The notes: generated from the letters alone by a model not told the origin. A DNA stretch of 62,854 nt from an uncultured Fidelibacterota bacterium (GCA_937893835.1 CALCSS010000024.1:1-62854), one strand, 5' to 3'. Positions 28,243-37,638 are shown, counted from the stretch's first letter. Numbers and translations are program-made.

Positions 28243-29712
28243 ATGGTACGGGCTCTGTCCTGCTTCGCACTTATTGTAATAATACCTAACTGTTCTGGTC
28301 ATAAGGACTCGGTCAAAGGTGATCAGATCCTTGCCTATGTTGGAGATAGGACCATTACCATTCAAGACTTCTTAAGAAGGGCTGAATATTCGATAAGACC
28401 TGCTTATTGCCGCCAGTCCAACTATTTACATAAAAAGATCGTGTTGAATTCATTGATCGCTGAGAAGATGACAGGTCTGGAGATGGATACAAAAAAGGAC
28501 GATCTTTTGGAAAGTTCTAATTTTAAGAAATTTCTAAAGGGTAGAACGGAACAGGCAATGCGTCAGGTCTTCTATAATGATTCCTTTTATGATTCAGTCT
28601 CACTATCGGACGATGATATAAGGGAACGCTATCTACTTTCAGGCAGGACCATTCAAATAGATTATCTGAGTTTACCAGATATGGAGATGGTTCAGAAGTT
28701 CAAACAGCTTCTTGATGGTGGGATGCCCTTGGACTCGATCTATTCATATCTTTGGCAGGGTGACGTACCTTCAAGAACTATTAATTGGTTTGATCGAGAG
28801 CCAAAGATGATCCACGATGGCCTTTTCAGAGAAGATCTGGAAAAGGGTGAGATCATTGGACCATTCAAGGCAGATGATGGTACCTACCTAGTGATCGAGG
28901 TAAGGGGCTGGTCCGATCAACCTGTGATCACACAAGACCAGCAAGATCTACGTTGGAATGATGTTAGTGATAGATTGAAAGAGACTAGTGCCACGGGTCA
29001 GTTTAAGGATTATGTTGAAAATTTGATGAAAGATAAAAAAATGGATCTAGAACCAGAGACATTCAATTCATATGCTTCGATCGCAGGTGATCATTATCTA
29101 AGAGATGAAGAAGAGAAGAAGATAGCAATTGATCAGGCTATATGGGATAACGCTGAGCAAATCGACCTGAGACCCTTTGACAATAGGGCAGGTCTTGATC
29201 TATCGGCGACCTTATTTCGATATGATGGCAAAAATTATAGTGTCGGAGACTTCAATGATATGTTGAGATCACATCCTCTTGTTTTTCGAAAGAGAAAGAT
29301 GAACAAGGGGGAATTCCGATCACAACTAAAATTCGCGATCGCTGATCTATTGAGAGACATGGAATTGACTCGAGTATGCTATGATAAAGGCCTGGACAGT
29401 GACTGGAGAGTGGAGTCCAATGTGTTTCTATGGGAGGATGCATATGCCAGCAGGAGATATATGGAGATAAATGGTCTAGATGACAATGCAACAGAGCAAG
29501 AGTCACTTGATCTTTTTGGTTCTATCATTGATTCATTACAGGAAGCATATTCAAATAAGATCAAGATAAATATGGATGCCTTTGAGACGCTTGAACTCAC
29601 ATCAACTGACATGCTGGTCACTCAAAGGGGCTTGCCATATCCGATAGTTGTTCCATCATTTCCTATTTTAACGTCTGATAACCGATTAGATTATGGATCA
29701 ATATTAAAATAG
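28243..29712 (+). CDS. SurA/PpiD-like periplasmic chaperone lipoprotein (degenerate parvulin region)
   Basis: Lipobox-like 'IIPNCSG'. SurA-N-like 'ILAYVGDRTITIQDFLRRAEYS'. Parvulin-tail-like 'GEIIGPFKADDGTYLVIEVRG'. Confidence 0.45.
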   Translation: MVRALSCFALIVIIPNCSGHKDSVKGDQILAYVGDRTITIQDFLRRAEYSIRPAYCRQSNYLHKKIVLNSLIAEKMTGLEMDTKKDDLLESSNFKKFLKGRTEQAMRQVFYNDSFYDSVSLSDDDIRERYLLSGRTIQIDYLSLPDMEMVQKFKQLLDGGMPLDSIYSYLWQGDVPSRTINWFDREPKMIHDGLFREDLEKGEIIGPFKADDGTYLVIEVRGWSDQPVITQDQQDLRWNDVSDRLKETSATGQFKDYVENLMKDKKMDLEPETFNSYASIAGDHYLRDEEEKKIAIDQAIWDNAEQIDLRPFDNRAGLDLSATLFRYDGKNYSVGDFNDMLRSHPLVFRKRKMNKGEFRSQLKFAIADLLRDMELTRVCYDKGLDSDWRVESNVFLWEDAYASRRYMEINGLDDNATEQESLDLFGSIIDSLQEAYSNKIKINMDAFETLELTSTDMLVTQRGLPYPIVVPSFPILTSDNRLDYGSILK

Positions 29713-29715
29713 ATC

Positions 29716-31512
29716 ATGCGATATATTATTTTAATCAATTTTTTGGTCGGTCTATGTCAGGCTCAACTTTACAGAGGTGCCGAGCTTAGGACACTGGAAC
29801 CTGTTCTCTATGGAAAATTCGAGGCAAGATATAAGCCTGCCCAAGGAGATGGTGTTCTGTCCTCATTTTTCACCTATAATGACAGTTGTTGTTCTGAAAC
29901 ACCGTGGAATGAGATCGACATTGAACTTCTTGGAAGATATGACCATGTGATCGACTTTAATACCATTACCTGGGGACAAAGTTCGCACATTCGTCAGCAT
30001 TACATTCCATTTAATCCTCATGTGGATTTTCATACATATGGTTTTGAATGGACCCCCGACTACGTTGCTTGGTTCATTGATGGTGAGGAGGTGTATAGGC
30101 AGACCGGTGGACATATTGATGAGATGCACTATTCACAGAAGATAATGATGAACATTTGGAATCCGGTCTATGATGATTGGGTCGGCATTTGGGATGAGAG
30201 AGTATTACCAAGATTTGCATTCTACGACCATGTCAGCTATGCATCGTATACCCCTGGTGAGGGCAATGTGGGGACTGATTCCAATTTTACATTGGCATGG
30301 CAAGATGATTTTGATTCCTTTGATTCCACTCGCTGGGAAAAAAGCGATGACCATACATGGGGCGGGAACCAATCATTGTTCATAGAGGAGAATGTTGTTT
30401 ACCAGGATGGATATATGATCCTTTGCTTGACCAATCTATCCGAAACTGGATTGGTTGACAATACAATACCGTCTGCGCTTTGGGCAAGGCACCATGGGTA
30501 CTCGATCGACATGCGTTTTTCAGAGGAAATAGGCTTATCCAGTTCTGAGGACATCAATAATTACAGTCTGGCAAACACCACTATCAACAGCGCAGAATTA
30601 TTGGAGGATCGACGCTCTGTTACCCTTACGATGGATAGTGAACAATTTGATGCAGCAAATATGGGAGTGTTTAACATAGAGGATGATAATGTTCCACCAA
30701 ATTCAATTGATTGGCAGATCGTGTGGATCGACTCGCCAGAGCCAATGAGTTACGCGCTGATCAATGTAGGTGGTGATAGTATGTCGATCTACTCGACCGA
30801 TCAGGTGTGGAGTTCTAGTGTTCAATATGGTCACGAGGGAGGAAATTATCAGGTGATCGATGAGTCTATTGATATTGTTGGTACGACAAATGATGACATC
30901 TACAGATCGTCATTGAATCGAGTTGCAGGGTACAAGGTCCGCCTGGTCCCAGGTTTTTATAATTTGAATCTTATGTTCTCTGATAACCACTATTCACAGC
31001 CTGGTGATCGAAAATTTGATATTACCATTGAAGATAGCCTTTGGGTGAATGATCTGGATGTCATAGGGGAGGTAGGGCACACAACCGCACACAATGTGCT
31101 TCTTGATAGAGTTTTGGTTGCAGATGGCACCTTGGATATCTATTTCTCTGCAGAGGTATATGGAACTGGATATTCTCATGCCGGTCCATTTCTCAATGGG
31201 ATGGAGATTGGGCTTGATGAGCCACTATCTGTTGTGTCAAATACACCAATGCAATTTAATTTCAAGGCACCATATCCAAACCCTTTTAACAATAAGATCA
31301 CCATACCAATTGAAATGATAAATGATACTCAAGTGAGGGTTGATGTCATTGATGCAGCTGGTAGAGTAGTTGATACTATATTTGATGGAATGATGTCAAC
31401 TGGGAGTCATCAATTGGAATGGAATAGTAAGAGCCAGGCAAGTGGCATGTATATCATTAGAACAACCGTTGGTAAGGTTAATCATTATGAAAAGACCATT
31501 CTACTTAAATAG
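29716..31512 (+). CDS. GH16 beta-glucanase (Fibrobacter-type lichenase-like) + malectin-like domain + T9SS CTD
   Basis: 'YGKFEARYK...LSSFFTY', catalytic 'WNEIDIELLG', 'FHTYGFEWTPDYVAWFIDG', 'FTLAWQDDFDSFDSTRWEK'. Malectin-like 'YRSSLNRVAGYKVRLVPGFYNLNLMFSDNHYSQPGDRKFDITIED'. CTD at 31267-31512. Confidence 0.85.
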   Translation: MRYIILINFLVGLCQAQLYRGAELRTLEPVLYGKFEARYKPAQGDGVLSSFFTYNDSCCSETPWNEIDIELLGRYDHVIDFNTITWGQSSHIRQHYIPFNPHVDFHTYGFEWTPDYVAWFIDGEEVYRQTGGHIDEMHYSQKIMMNIWNPVYDDWVGIWDERVLPRFAFYDHVSYASYTPGEGNVGTDSNFTLAWQDDFDSFDSTRWEKSDDHTWGGNQSLFIEENVVYQDGYMILCLTNLSETGLVDNTIPSALWARHHGYSIDMRFSEEIGLSSSEDINNYSLANTTINSAELLEDRRSVTLTMDSEQFDAANMGVFNIEDDNVPPNSIDWQIVWIDSPEPMSYALINVGGDSMSIYSTDQVWSSSVQYGHEGGNYQVIDESIDIVGTTNDDIYRSSLNRVAGYKVRLVPGFYNLNLMFSDNHYSQPGDRKFDITIEDSLWVNDLDVIGEVGHTTAHNVLLDRVLVADGTLDIYFSAEVYGTGYSHAGPFLNGMEIGLDEPLSVVSNTPMQFNFKAPYPNPFNNKITIPIEMINDTQVRVDVIDAAGRVVDTIFDGMMSTGSHQLEWNSKSQASGMYIIRTTVGKVNHYEKTILLK

Positions 31513-32572
31513 CACCATAACCGTATTCCTTTTGGTATCTGTAGCATCCTCAAAGCCATATAGAGGAGGTGAGTTACGGACGATAGACACCTACCGATAC
31601 GGTAGATATGAGGTCAGCATGAGATCTGCCTCAGGTAGCGGAATTGTAAGTTCTTTTTTCACCTATCGTGATTATTGGGCAGAGGGCTTGAGTGGATCAC
31701 GGCATTGGAACGAGATCGATTGGGAGATATTGGGTCAACATGAGGATGAGGCCTCAACAAATCTCATCATACAGAACCAATGGGACTATGTTCAGGAATT
31801 GGACCTTGACTTCAATCCGCATGAGGGTCTCCACACTTATGCAATTGAGTGGACTCCAGATAATGTCCTCTTTTTCATTGATGATGACCTGGTTCGAACC
31901 GTTGATAATTTTTATGCCGACTCCATGTATCACTACCAAAAGATCATGATGAATCTCTGGCAGCCCACTGCATCGAGTTGGGTAGGTACATTTGATTCTG
32001 ATATCTTACCGGTCTACGCTTTCTATGATTGGGTAAAATATTATGCATATGTACCAGGCTCGGGAAATACAGGAACGAACAACGATTTCATTCTTCTATG
32101 GACCGATGATTTCGATTATATGGATCCTAACCGTTGGGAGCGCGCTACGCATACCTTTGACGGGAATAATGTAGACTTCATTGAGGAAAATGTCGTATTC
32201 CAGTACGGACATATGATACTGTGTTTGACGACCCCAGGAGACACAGGATATAATGGTGATCCCTTGAAGACCACATCAACCACCGGACTACCATACTCCA
32301 TCTCAATGGGTAGGGCCTATCCAAACCCATTTAATCATAATATCACGTTTCCATTGACCCTCAATGGCGAAGGCTCGATCGAGTATGCCATATATGATAT
32401 CAATGGGAGGATCGTTACGGTTGGACACAACAGGCTTGGATCAAGCAGAGATAGGTCCATCCACTGGAATGGTATGCGCCAGGATGGTACCCCTGTCCCA
32501 TCAGGGACCTATTTCTTCAAATTGATCAATGATGACATTGCGCTCACTCAAAAGATCCTCTATCTAAAATGA
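31487..32572 (+). CDS. GH16 beta-glucanase (paralog of the preceding gene) + T9SS CTD
   Basis: 'YGRYEVSMR...VSSFFTY', catalytic 'HWNEIDWEILG', 'LHTYAIEWTPDNVLFFIDD'. CTD at 32315-32572. Start taken at ATG 31487 ('MKRPFYLNSTITVFLLVSVASS' signal peptide) rather than the track's GTG at 31442. Confidence 0.85.
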   Translation: MKRPFYLNSTITVFLLVSVASSKPYRGGELRTIDTYRYGRYEVSMRSASGSGIVSSFFTYRDYWAEGLSGSRHWNEIDWEILGQHEDEASTNLIIQNQWDYVQELDLDFNPHEGLHTYAIEWTPDNVLFFIDDDLVRTVDNFYADSMYHYQKIMMNLWQPTASSWVGTFDSDILPVYAFYDWVKYYAYVPGSGNTGTNNDFILLWTDDFDYMDPNRWERATHTFDGNNVDFIEENVVFQYGHMILCLTTPGDTGYNGDPLKTTSTTGLPYSISMGRAYPNPFNHNITFPLTLNGEGSIEYAIYDINGRIVTVGHNRLGSSRDRSIHWNGMRQDGTPVPSGTYFFKLINDDIALTQKILYLK

Positions 32573-33783
32573 TGATGTTTAGATCACACTCTTTGATGAG
32601 TCTAATGTTCATTTTCCTATGTTGCTCAGAGAATGATACCAAGAACGACCATTCTGAAGAAAATCCACCTGAAACATTGGAGGAATGGGAGCAGGTGTGG
32701 ACAGAAGAATTTGATGGTGACACTCTGGATCTTTCCAAATGGAATATATTACGCTGGCGTCCAGGGTGGGTCAATAACGAACAACAGGCCTATACAGATA
32801 GGGATACTAATGTCTTTTTGGAAAATGGCAATCTAGTGATCCAGGGTTTGATAGAGCCAGATTATTACGACACTGACCATGCAGGCAATCAATACAATGC
32901 GGACTATACCTCAGGCAGGATCAACACAGATGACAGATTCTCTTGGACATATGGACGATTTGACATCAAGGCAAAATTGCCAAAAGGCAATGGATCCTGG
33001 CCTGCAATATGGATGCTCGGTGAGAACATATCAAGTGCGGGGTGGCCTGACTGTGGAGAGATAGATATCATGGAGCACGTTGGTTTTGATGATGGGAATA
33101 TTCATGGTTCAATACATACCAAGGATTATAACCATATGATCAATACTCAAAGATCTGGTTCAACATTGATCAGCACTGCCACAGAATCATTCCATGTCTA
33201 TTCATTGGAGTGGAGCCCGAACTACTTACGCTATCTGGTAGATGATCAACCTTTCTTTTTTGTTTACAATGACAGTGATGGTGATGTGGCAAGATGGCCT
33301 TTTGATGCGCCGCAGTATATGATATTGAATCTGGCAATTGGTGGTGACTGGGGCGGAGCTCAAGGAATTGACCCAAGTTCTTTCCCTATGAGGATGCTGG
33401 TTGATCATGTCAGAGTCTCCAAGCGATCAGAAGATATTGGTGATGTGCAAGTGACCTTTCAAGTGGACATGGAAAATATGAATGTAACCGGGACCGGTGT
33501 GTGGCTTTCTGGAGGCTCCATCAGTTCTGGAAGTTCTGGTGGACTACAGATGGAGCCGACCACAGATAGTGGAGTATGGAAGGCCCAGTTAACCCTACCA
33601 CCCAATTCCTCTTTTACCTATAAGTATAGGAATGGGTATTTCCCTGGTTCCTGGTCTGGTGGCTGGGAAACCCTCAGTGACGAATGTGGTGTGGGACAAT
33701 ATAATGATCGGTCTGTATCCATAGGCATTGCAGACACGACCCTATCAATTGTATGTTTTAATGAGTGTTCAGAATGCAATTGA
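32569..33783 (+). CDS. GH16 laminarinase-type endo-beta-1,3-glucanase + C-terminal CBM-like module (no CTD, lipobox-like N-terminus)
   Basis: 'YTSGRINT', 'YGRFDIKAKLPKGNGSWPAIWMLG', catalytic 'GEIDIMEHVG', 'FHVYSLEWSPNYLRYLVDD'. C-terminal 'VTFQVDM...VWLSGG...FTYKYRNG'. N-terminus 'MFIFLCCSE'. Confidence 0.85.
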   Translation: MMMFRSHSLMSLMFIFLCCSENDTKNDHSEENPPETLEEWEQVWTEEFDGDTLDLSKWNILRWRPGWVNNEQQAYTDRDTNVFLENGNLVIQGLIEPDYYDTDHAGNQYNADYTSGRINTDDRFSWTYGRFDIKAKLPKGNGSWPAIWMLGENISSAGWPDCGEIDIMEHVGFDDGNIHGSIHTKDYNHMINTQRSGSTLISTATESFHVYSLEWSPNYLRYLVDDQPFFFVYNDSDGDVARWPFDAPQYMILNLAIGGDWGGAQGIDPSSFPMRMLVDHVRVSKRSEDIGDVQVTFQVDMENMNVTGTGVWLSGGSISSGSSGGLQMEPTTDSGVWKAQLTLPPNSSFTYKYRNGYFPGSWSGGWETLSDECGVGQYNDRSVSIGIADTTLSIVCFNECSECN

Positions 33784-35783
33784 ATAAATTTTTTATTAAG
33801 CAGATCTCAAAGAGATCATTATTGACTCTAGCATTGACCTCATCCTTATTGGGTCAGGGGTTTCTCCACGTTGAGGATGGCCAGATCGTTGAGGGCAATG
33901 GTGAGCCAATTCTATTAAGAGGATTTGGCCTTGGGGGCTGGCTAGTGCCTGAGGGATATATGCTTCATAATCAAGCCTGGATCGAAGGGTTTGAATCACC
34001 AACACAGATTCAAGATCATGTCGAGGATCTTGTGGGTGTGGAGACCGCATATGAATTTTGGGAGTCATATCGTCAAAACTATGTGGCTCAGGTGGACATT
34101 GATCAGATCGCTGAATGGGGATTCAATCATATCAGGGTTCCCTTTCACTATAAACAGTTCTATGATGAATCGGGATCTGATACACCCATTGGTTATGGCA
34201 TCATCGATGAATTGATCTCATGGTGCGAGCCTTACAATATGTATATTATTTTGGATATGCATTGTGCTCCTGGAGGTCAGAATGGTGGGCCCATAAGCGA
34301 CAGTGATGGGACTGCCCGTTTATGGTTGGACAATGAGAACAAGGAATTGACCACTCAGATATGGAGAGAGATCGCGGACTATTATTCTGAGGAGACCTTG
34401 ATCGGAGGCTATGATCTCATCAACGAGCCGGTGCTGCCAGATGGGGTCACTACAGAAGAGCTCAGACAGTTATACATTGATATCACTGATGCCATACGAG
34501 AGGTCGATACAAATCATATATTGTATGTTGAAGGCAACTGGTATGGAACAGATTTTACTGGCCTCACCCCACCTTGGGATGAAAATATGTCCTATTCATT
34601 TCATAAGTATTGGGGAGAGACATCACTGTCAACCATCCAATCCTATATTGGAATGAGCAATCAATATGAGATTCCACTGTGGATGGGCGAGGCTGGTGAG
34701 AATTCTAATCAATGGTATTACGAGGTCTTTAAATTATTGGAGGAGAATGACATAGGATGGAATTTTTGGACTCACAAGAAAGTTGACAAGATCTCTAGTC
34801 CATTCTCGGTATTGGTCACCGGTCAGTACCAGACACTTATAAATTACTGGAGCGGAAATGCTTCTCAGCCTTCTCCAGAGTATTCAGAGGCAGCGCTTAT
34901 AAGTTTTGCCAATAGCCTCAAGCTTGAGAATTGCATATCCATGCCTGGTGTGATCGCATCACTGACCGACCCTGAATATGGCGAGATCTCCAAACCTTAT
35001 TCACAACATAGTATCCCTGGAATTATACCTGCAGTAGAATATGACATAGGGGTATGGGGCATGTCTTATACAGATAGTGATTACATCAACAATGGTGATG
35101 GTAGTTGGAATGAAGGCTGGACATATAGAAATGATGGAGTGGACATTGAATATAATAATGGGTCCAATAGCAGCCATCCCTATAATGTTGGTTGGACGGA
35201 TACAGGTGAATGGCTAGGATATACGATACAGGATGTGACCCCAGGAACATATGATCTGAAGGTCAGGGTTGCAGCCCCCAATTCTGGGGGGATGTTCTTT
35301 GTACAGTTGGATGGTGTCAATCTTGCGGTTGTTGATGTTCCCAGTACGGGTGGCTGGTATGATTGGCAGAATATGCTGATCCCCGATGTTGAAGTATCAG
35401 AGGGTGAGCAATTCTTAAAGATTCAGATCGTTCAGGCGGGATTTAACATTGAAAGGATCAAATTTGAGTCACTGGTCTCAACGGAAGAGAATCCGATCAT
35501 CGTGAATGGATTCATGCTCGGGGAACCTTTTCCAAACCCTTTCAATCCGAAGGTGAATCTAAAACTCAGTGTTCACGAAAAGAGGAAACATATTGCCTAC
35601 ATATATGATATAAGAGGCAATCTCGTTTGGGAGATAGATTATGGAACATTGGAGATAGATACCTATGACCTTGAGTGGAATGGTCTAAATGAAAAAGGAG
35701 GCCCCGTCAAAAGTGGTGTATATTTTTTCAAGATTCAGGCAGATGAGATCAGTCAGACCAAGAAGATGATCATGTTAAAATAA
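33765..35783 (+). CDS. GH5 glycoside hydrolase + CBM6/35-like module + T9SS CTD
   Basis: 'LRGFGLGGWLVPEGYM', acid/base 'DLINEPV', nucleophile 'LWMGEAGEN'. CBM6-like 'IPAVEYD...GWTDTGEWLGYTI...GFNIERIKF'. CTD at 35526-35783. Confidence 0.8.
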   Translation: MFRMQLNKFFIKQISKRSLLTLALTSSLLGQGFLHVEDGQIVEGNGEPILLRGFGLGGWLVPEGYMLHNQAWIEGFESPTQIQDHVEDLVGVETAYEFWESYRQNYVAQVDIDQIAEWGFNHIRVPFHYKQFYDESGSDTPIGYGIIDELISWCEPYNMYIILDMHCAPGGQNGGPISDSDGTARLWLDNENKELTTQIWREIADYYSEETLIGGYDLINEPVLPDGVTTEELRQLYIDITDAIREVDTNHILYVEGNWYGTDFTGLTPPWDENMSYSFHKYWGETSLSTIQSYIGMSNQYEIPLWMGEAGENSNQWYYEVFKLLEENDIGWNFWTHKKVDKISSPFSVLVTGQYQTLINYWSGNASQPSPEYSEAALISFANSLKLENCISMPGVIASLTDPEYGEISKPYSQHSIPGIIPAVEYDIGVWGMSYTDSDYINNGDGSWNEGWTYRNDGVDIEYNNGSNSSHPYNVGWTDTGEWLGYTIQDVTPGTYDLKVRVAAPNSGGMFFVQLDGVNLAVVDVPSTGGWYDWQNMLIPDVEVSEGEQFLKIQIVQAGFNIERIKFESLVSTEENPIIVNGFMLGEPFPNPFNPKVNLKLSVHEKRKHIAYIYDIRGNLVWEIDYGTLEIDTYDLEWNGLNEKGGPVKSGVYFFKIQADEISQTKKMIMLK

Positions 35784-35856
35784 TTTTGGGTGTTTTTGTC
35801 GTATTTGTTAAGTTACATATGTAAAGAAATTTTAGTTTTTTCATAGATAAGGATCA

Positions 35857-37047
35857 ATGATAATGAGAGTAAGAATACTTTATTTAATTCCAATATTACT
35901 ACTACTAGCCGGTTGCCAGTTTGGTGACAAAGAGGGATATGAAACATCAGATGCTGAATTGATACAGATGATAATCGCGGCGGAGAAGATAGAGATAGAT
36001 ATTGAAGAACTACCTGATCAGTCTAGGTCATATGTTGAGAATGATAATGAGTATGACGAGATAGGGACTCACTATGCCTCTGAATTGGGATATGAGGTAG
36101 AACGTATTGGGAATGGCCATAGAAGTGGTCATCGCGGTGAGGTGTATTTTAACCTCGAAGGAAGAAAACTGGACCCCAACGACTGGGGCAGCAAGGGTCG
36201 TGACTGGGATAGAGGAGAACACGAGGATTGGGAATGTTTCTCTCTTGTTTTTCCTATCACCTTTGACATGCCTGATGGTTCTACGATCACGGTCGAGACA
36301 GATGATGAGGATGGATGGTCTGATATCAAGTCATGGTATGAGGAAAATCCAGGGATGGGGCAGAGACCTCTGATGCAATTCCCTGTGGTGATCTTTTTTA
36401 ATGAAGAATCAATGACCATCGATAGTCAACAAGAGTTGAGTAATGCATATCATGCATGCCGACCTGAGCGTGATGGAGAATGGAAACGAGATGATGATGG
36501 TGAGGCATGCTTTGAATTGGTTTATCCGATAACCTTTACTATGCCAGATGGTTCTAGCATGACGGTTGAGGATGGTGAAAATGGCTGGGATGAGTTGAAG
36601 GATTGGTATGATGAAAACGAAGGATATGAGGAGGTCAGACCTGAACTTCAGTATCCGGTAGACATCGTATATGAGACCGAGGAAGGTGATTCAACTATCA
36701 CGGTAAACAATGATGAGGAGATGGAATCAGCCAAAGATGAATGCCGAGGTGAGTGGGAAGAAGGTTGGGAAGAGGATCCAGAGGGAGAAGAAGACGAGGA
36801 ATGTTTTGATTATGTTCTGCCTGTGACCTTTGTGATGCCTGATGGGTCGACCATTACCGTAGAGGATGAAGGCGGATGGTTCCTGTTGAGGAGATGGTAT
36901 GAGGAAAATGGTGAATCGGAAGAGGAGCCGGGTCTCCAGTATCCGGTAGATATCGTGTATGAGACAGAGGAAGGTAATTCAACGGTTACGATAAATAATG
37001 ATGAGGAGATGGAAGAGGCCTATCAAAATTGTGAGAATGATGTTTAG
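35857..37047 (+). CDS. highly acidic lipoprotein with PepSY-like N-terminal part and three Cys-bracketed tandem modules
   Basis: Lipobox 'LLLAGC'. Three repeats of 'CF.LV.P(I/V)TF.MPDGS.(I/M)TVE...GW...(K/R).WY(E/D)EN...(Q/L)(F/Y)PV.I(V/F)...(D/N)...E(L/M)..A...C'. Confidence 0.7.
   Translation: MIMRVRILYLIPILLLLAGCQFGDKEGYETSDAELIQMIIAAEKIEIDIEELPDQSRSYVENDNEYDEIGTHYASELGYEVERIGNGHRSGHRGEVYFNLEGRKLDPNDWGSKGRDWDRGEHEDWECFSLVFPITFDMPDGSTITVETDDEDGWSDIKSWYEENPGMGQRPLMQFPVVIFFNEESMTIDSQQELSNAYHACRPERDGEWKRDDDGEACFELVYPITFTMPDGSSMTVEDGENGWDELKDWYDENEGYEEVRPELQYPVDIVYETEEGDSTITVNNDEEMESAKDECRGEWEEGWEEDPEGEEDEECFDYVLPVTFVMPDGSTITVEDEGGWFLLRRWYEENGESEEEPGLQYPVDIVYETEEGNSTVTINNDEEMEEAYQNCENDV
36235..37032 (+). 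repeat. three tandem 75-79-codon modules (36235-36459, 36508-36744, 36802-37032)
   Basis: Modules 2 and 3 also share a clearly similar DNA segment of about 82 nt (36649-36730 vs 36937-37018, offset 288 nt), indicating recent duplication. Confidence 0.75.
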
Positions 37048-37078
37048 ATCGTACTATAACTTTGATCAATTATTAGCC

Positions 37079-37113
37079 AAGGTCTCGATATTTATCGGGA
37101 CCTTATTTTTTAG
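37079..37113 (+). terminator. rho-independent terminator
   Basis: AAGGTCTCGATA / TATCGGGACCTT stem (12 pairs including one G-U) followed by ATTTTTT. Confidence 0.65.
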
Positions 37114-37125
37114 AGATAAATAATA

Positions 37126-37617
37126 ATGAAATGTATAATAATGATATGTATCCTGCCCCTTTGGTTGAATGCTCAGCAAAGCACGTCCATGCCAAAGGAG
37201 GGATTGGATGATCGAAAGAAATGGGAAGTTCTAAGACAGAGAATTGAGACCGCTGTTGATAGGGGTGATATTTCTAGAGAAGAGGCAGATAAGAGATATG
37301 CAAGTTTTCGTGCCCGAGCTACTGGTCAAAGGGTCGAGAGAAAAGACCTGGTCATGGAAAGCCATTTCAAAAGACTGGGCATTGATGACATTGATGAATT
37401 GAAAAATAGGCTATTGGATCAGGATATTCCCGCTGACCAGTTGGATGCAGTGCTAGGCGGAATGCTTAGATTGGTGCATGCGGTAAAGCTAGACAGAGAA
37501 AATTATAGAATGAATCCTCGAATAGAGGCATATTTCAAAGATAGACTTGGATTGACGAGCTCTCAGGCCAATAAGATATTGCTGATCTCAAAAGAAATAG
37601 TTTCTGGAAGTTTCTAA
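37126..37617 (+). CDS. hypothetical secreted helical protein
   Basis: Signal peptide 'MKCIIMICILPLWLNAQ'. Charged helical sequence with no motif recognised. Confidence 0.5.
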   Translation: MKCIIMICILPLWLNAQQSTSMPKEGLDDRKKWEVLRQRIETAVDRGDISREEADKRYASFRARATGQRVERKDLVMESHFKRLGIDDIDELKNRLLDQDIPADQLDAVLGGMLRLVHAVKLDRENYRMNPRIEAYFKDRLGLTSSQANKILLISKEIVSGSF

Positions 37618-37638
37618 ATTAAAAAACGATCTGATTCA

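Noticed and set aside
31442-31486. N-terminal extensions in the ORF track: GTG at 31442 for the second GH16, 60773 for the AlkB-like gene, and TTG at 16641 for LacI.
   Set aside because: The internal ATGs (31487, 60845, 16635) give proper signal peptides or N-termini and remove long overlaps with upstream genes. The extended parts have no homology-like features.
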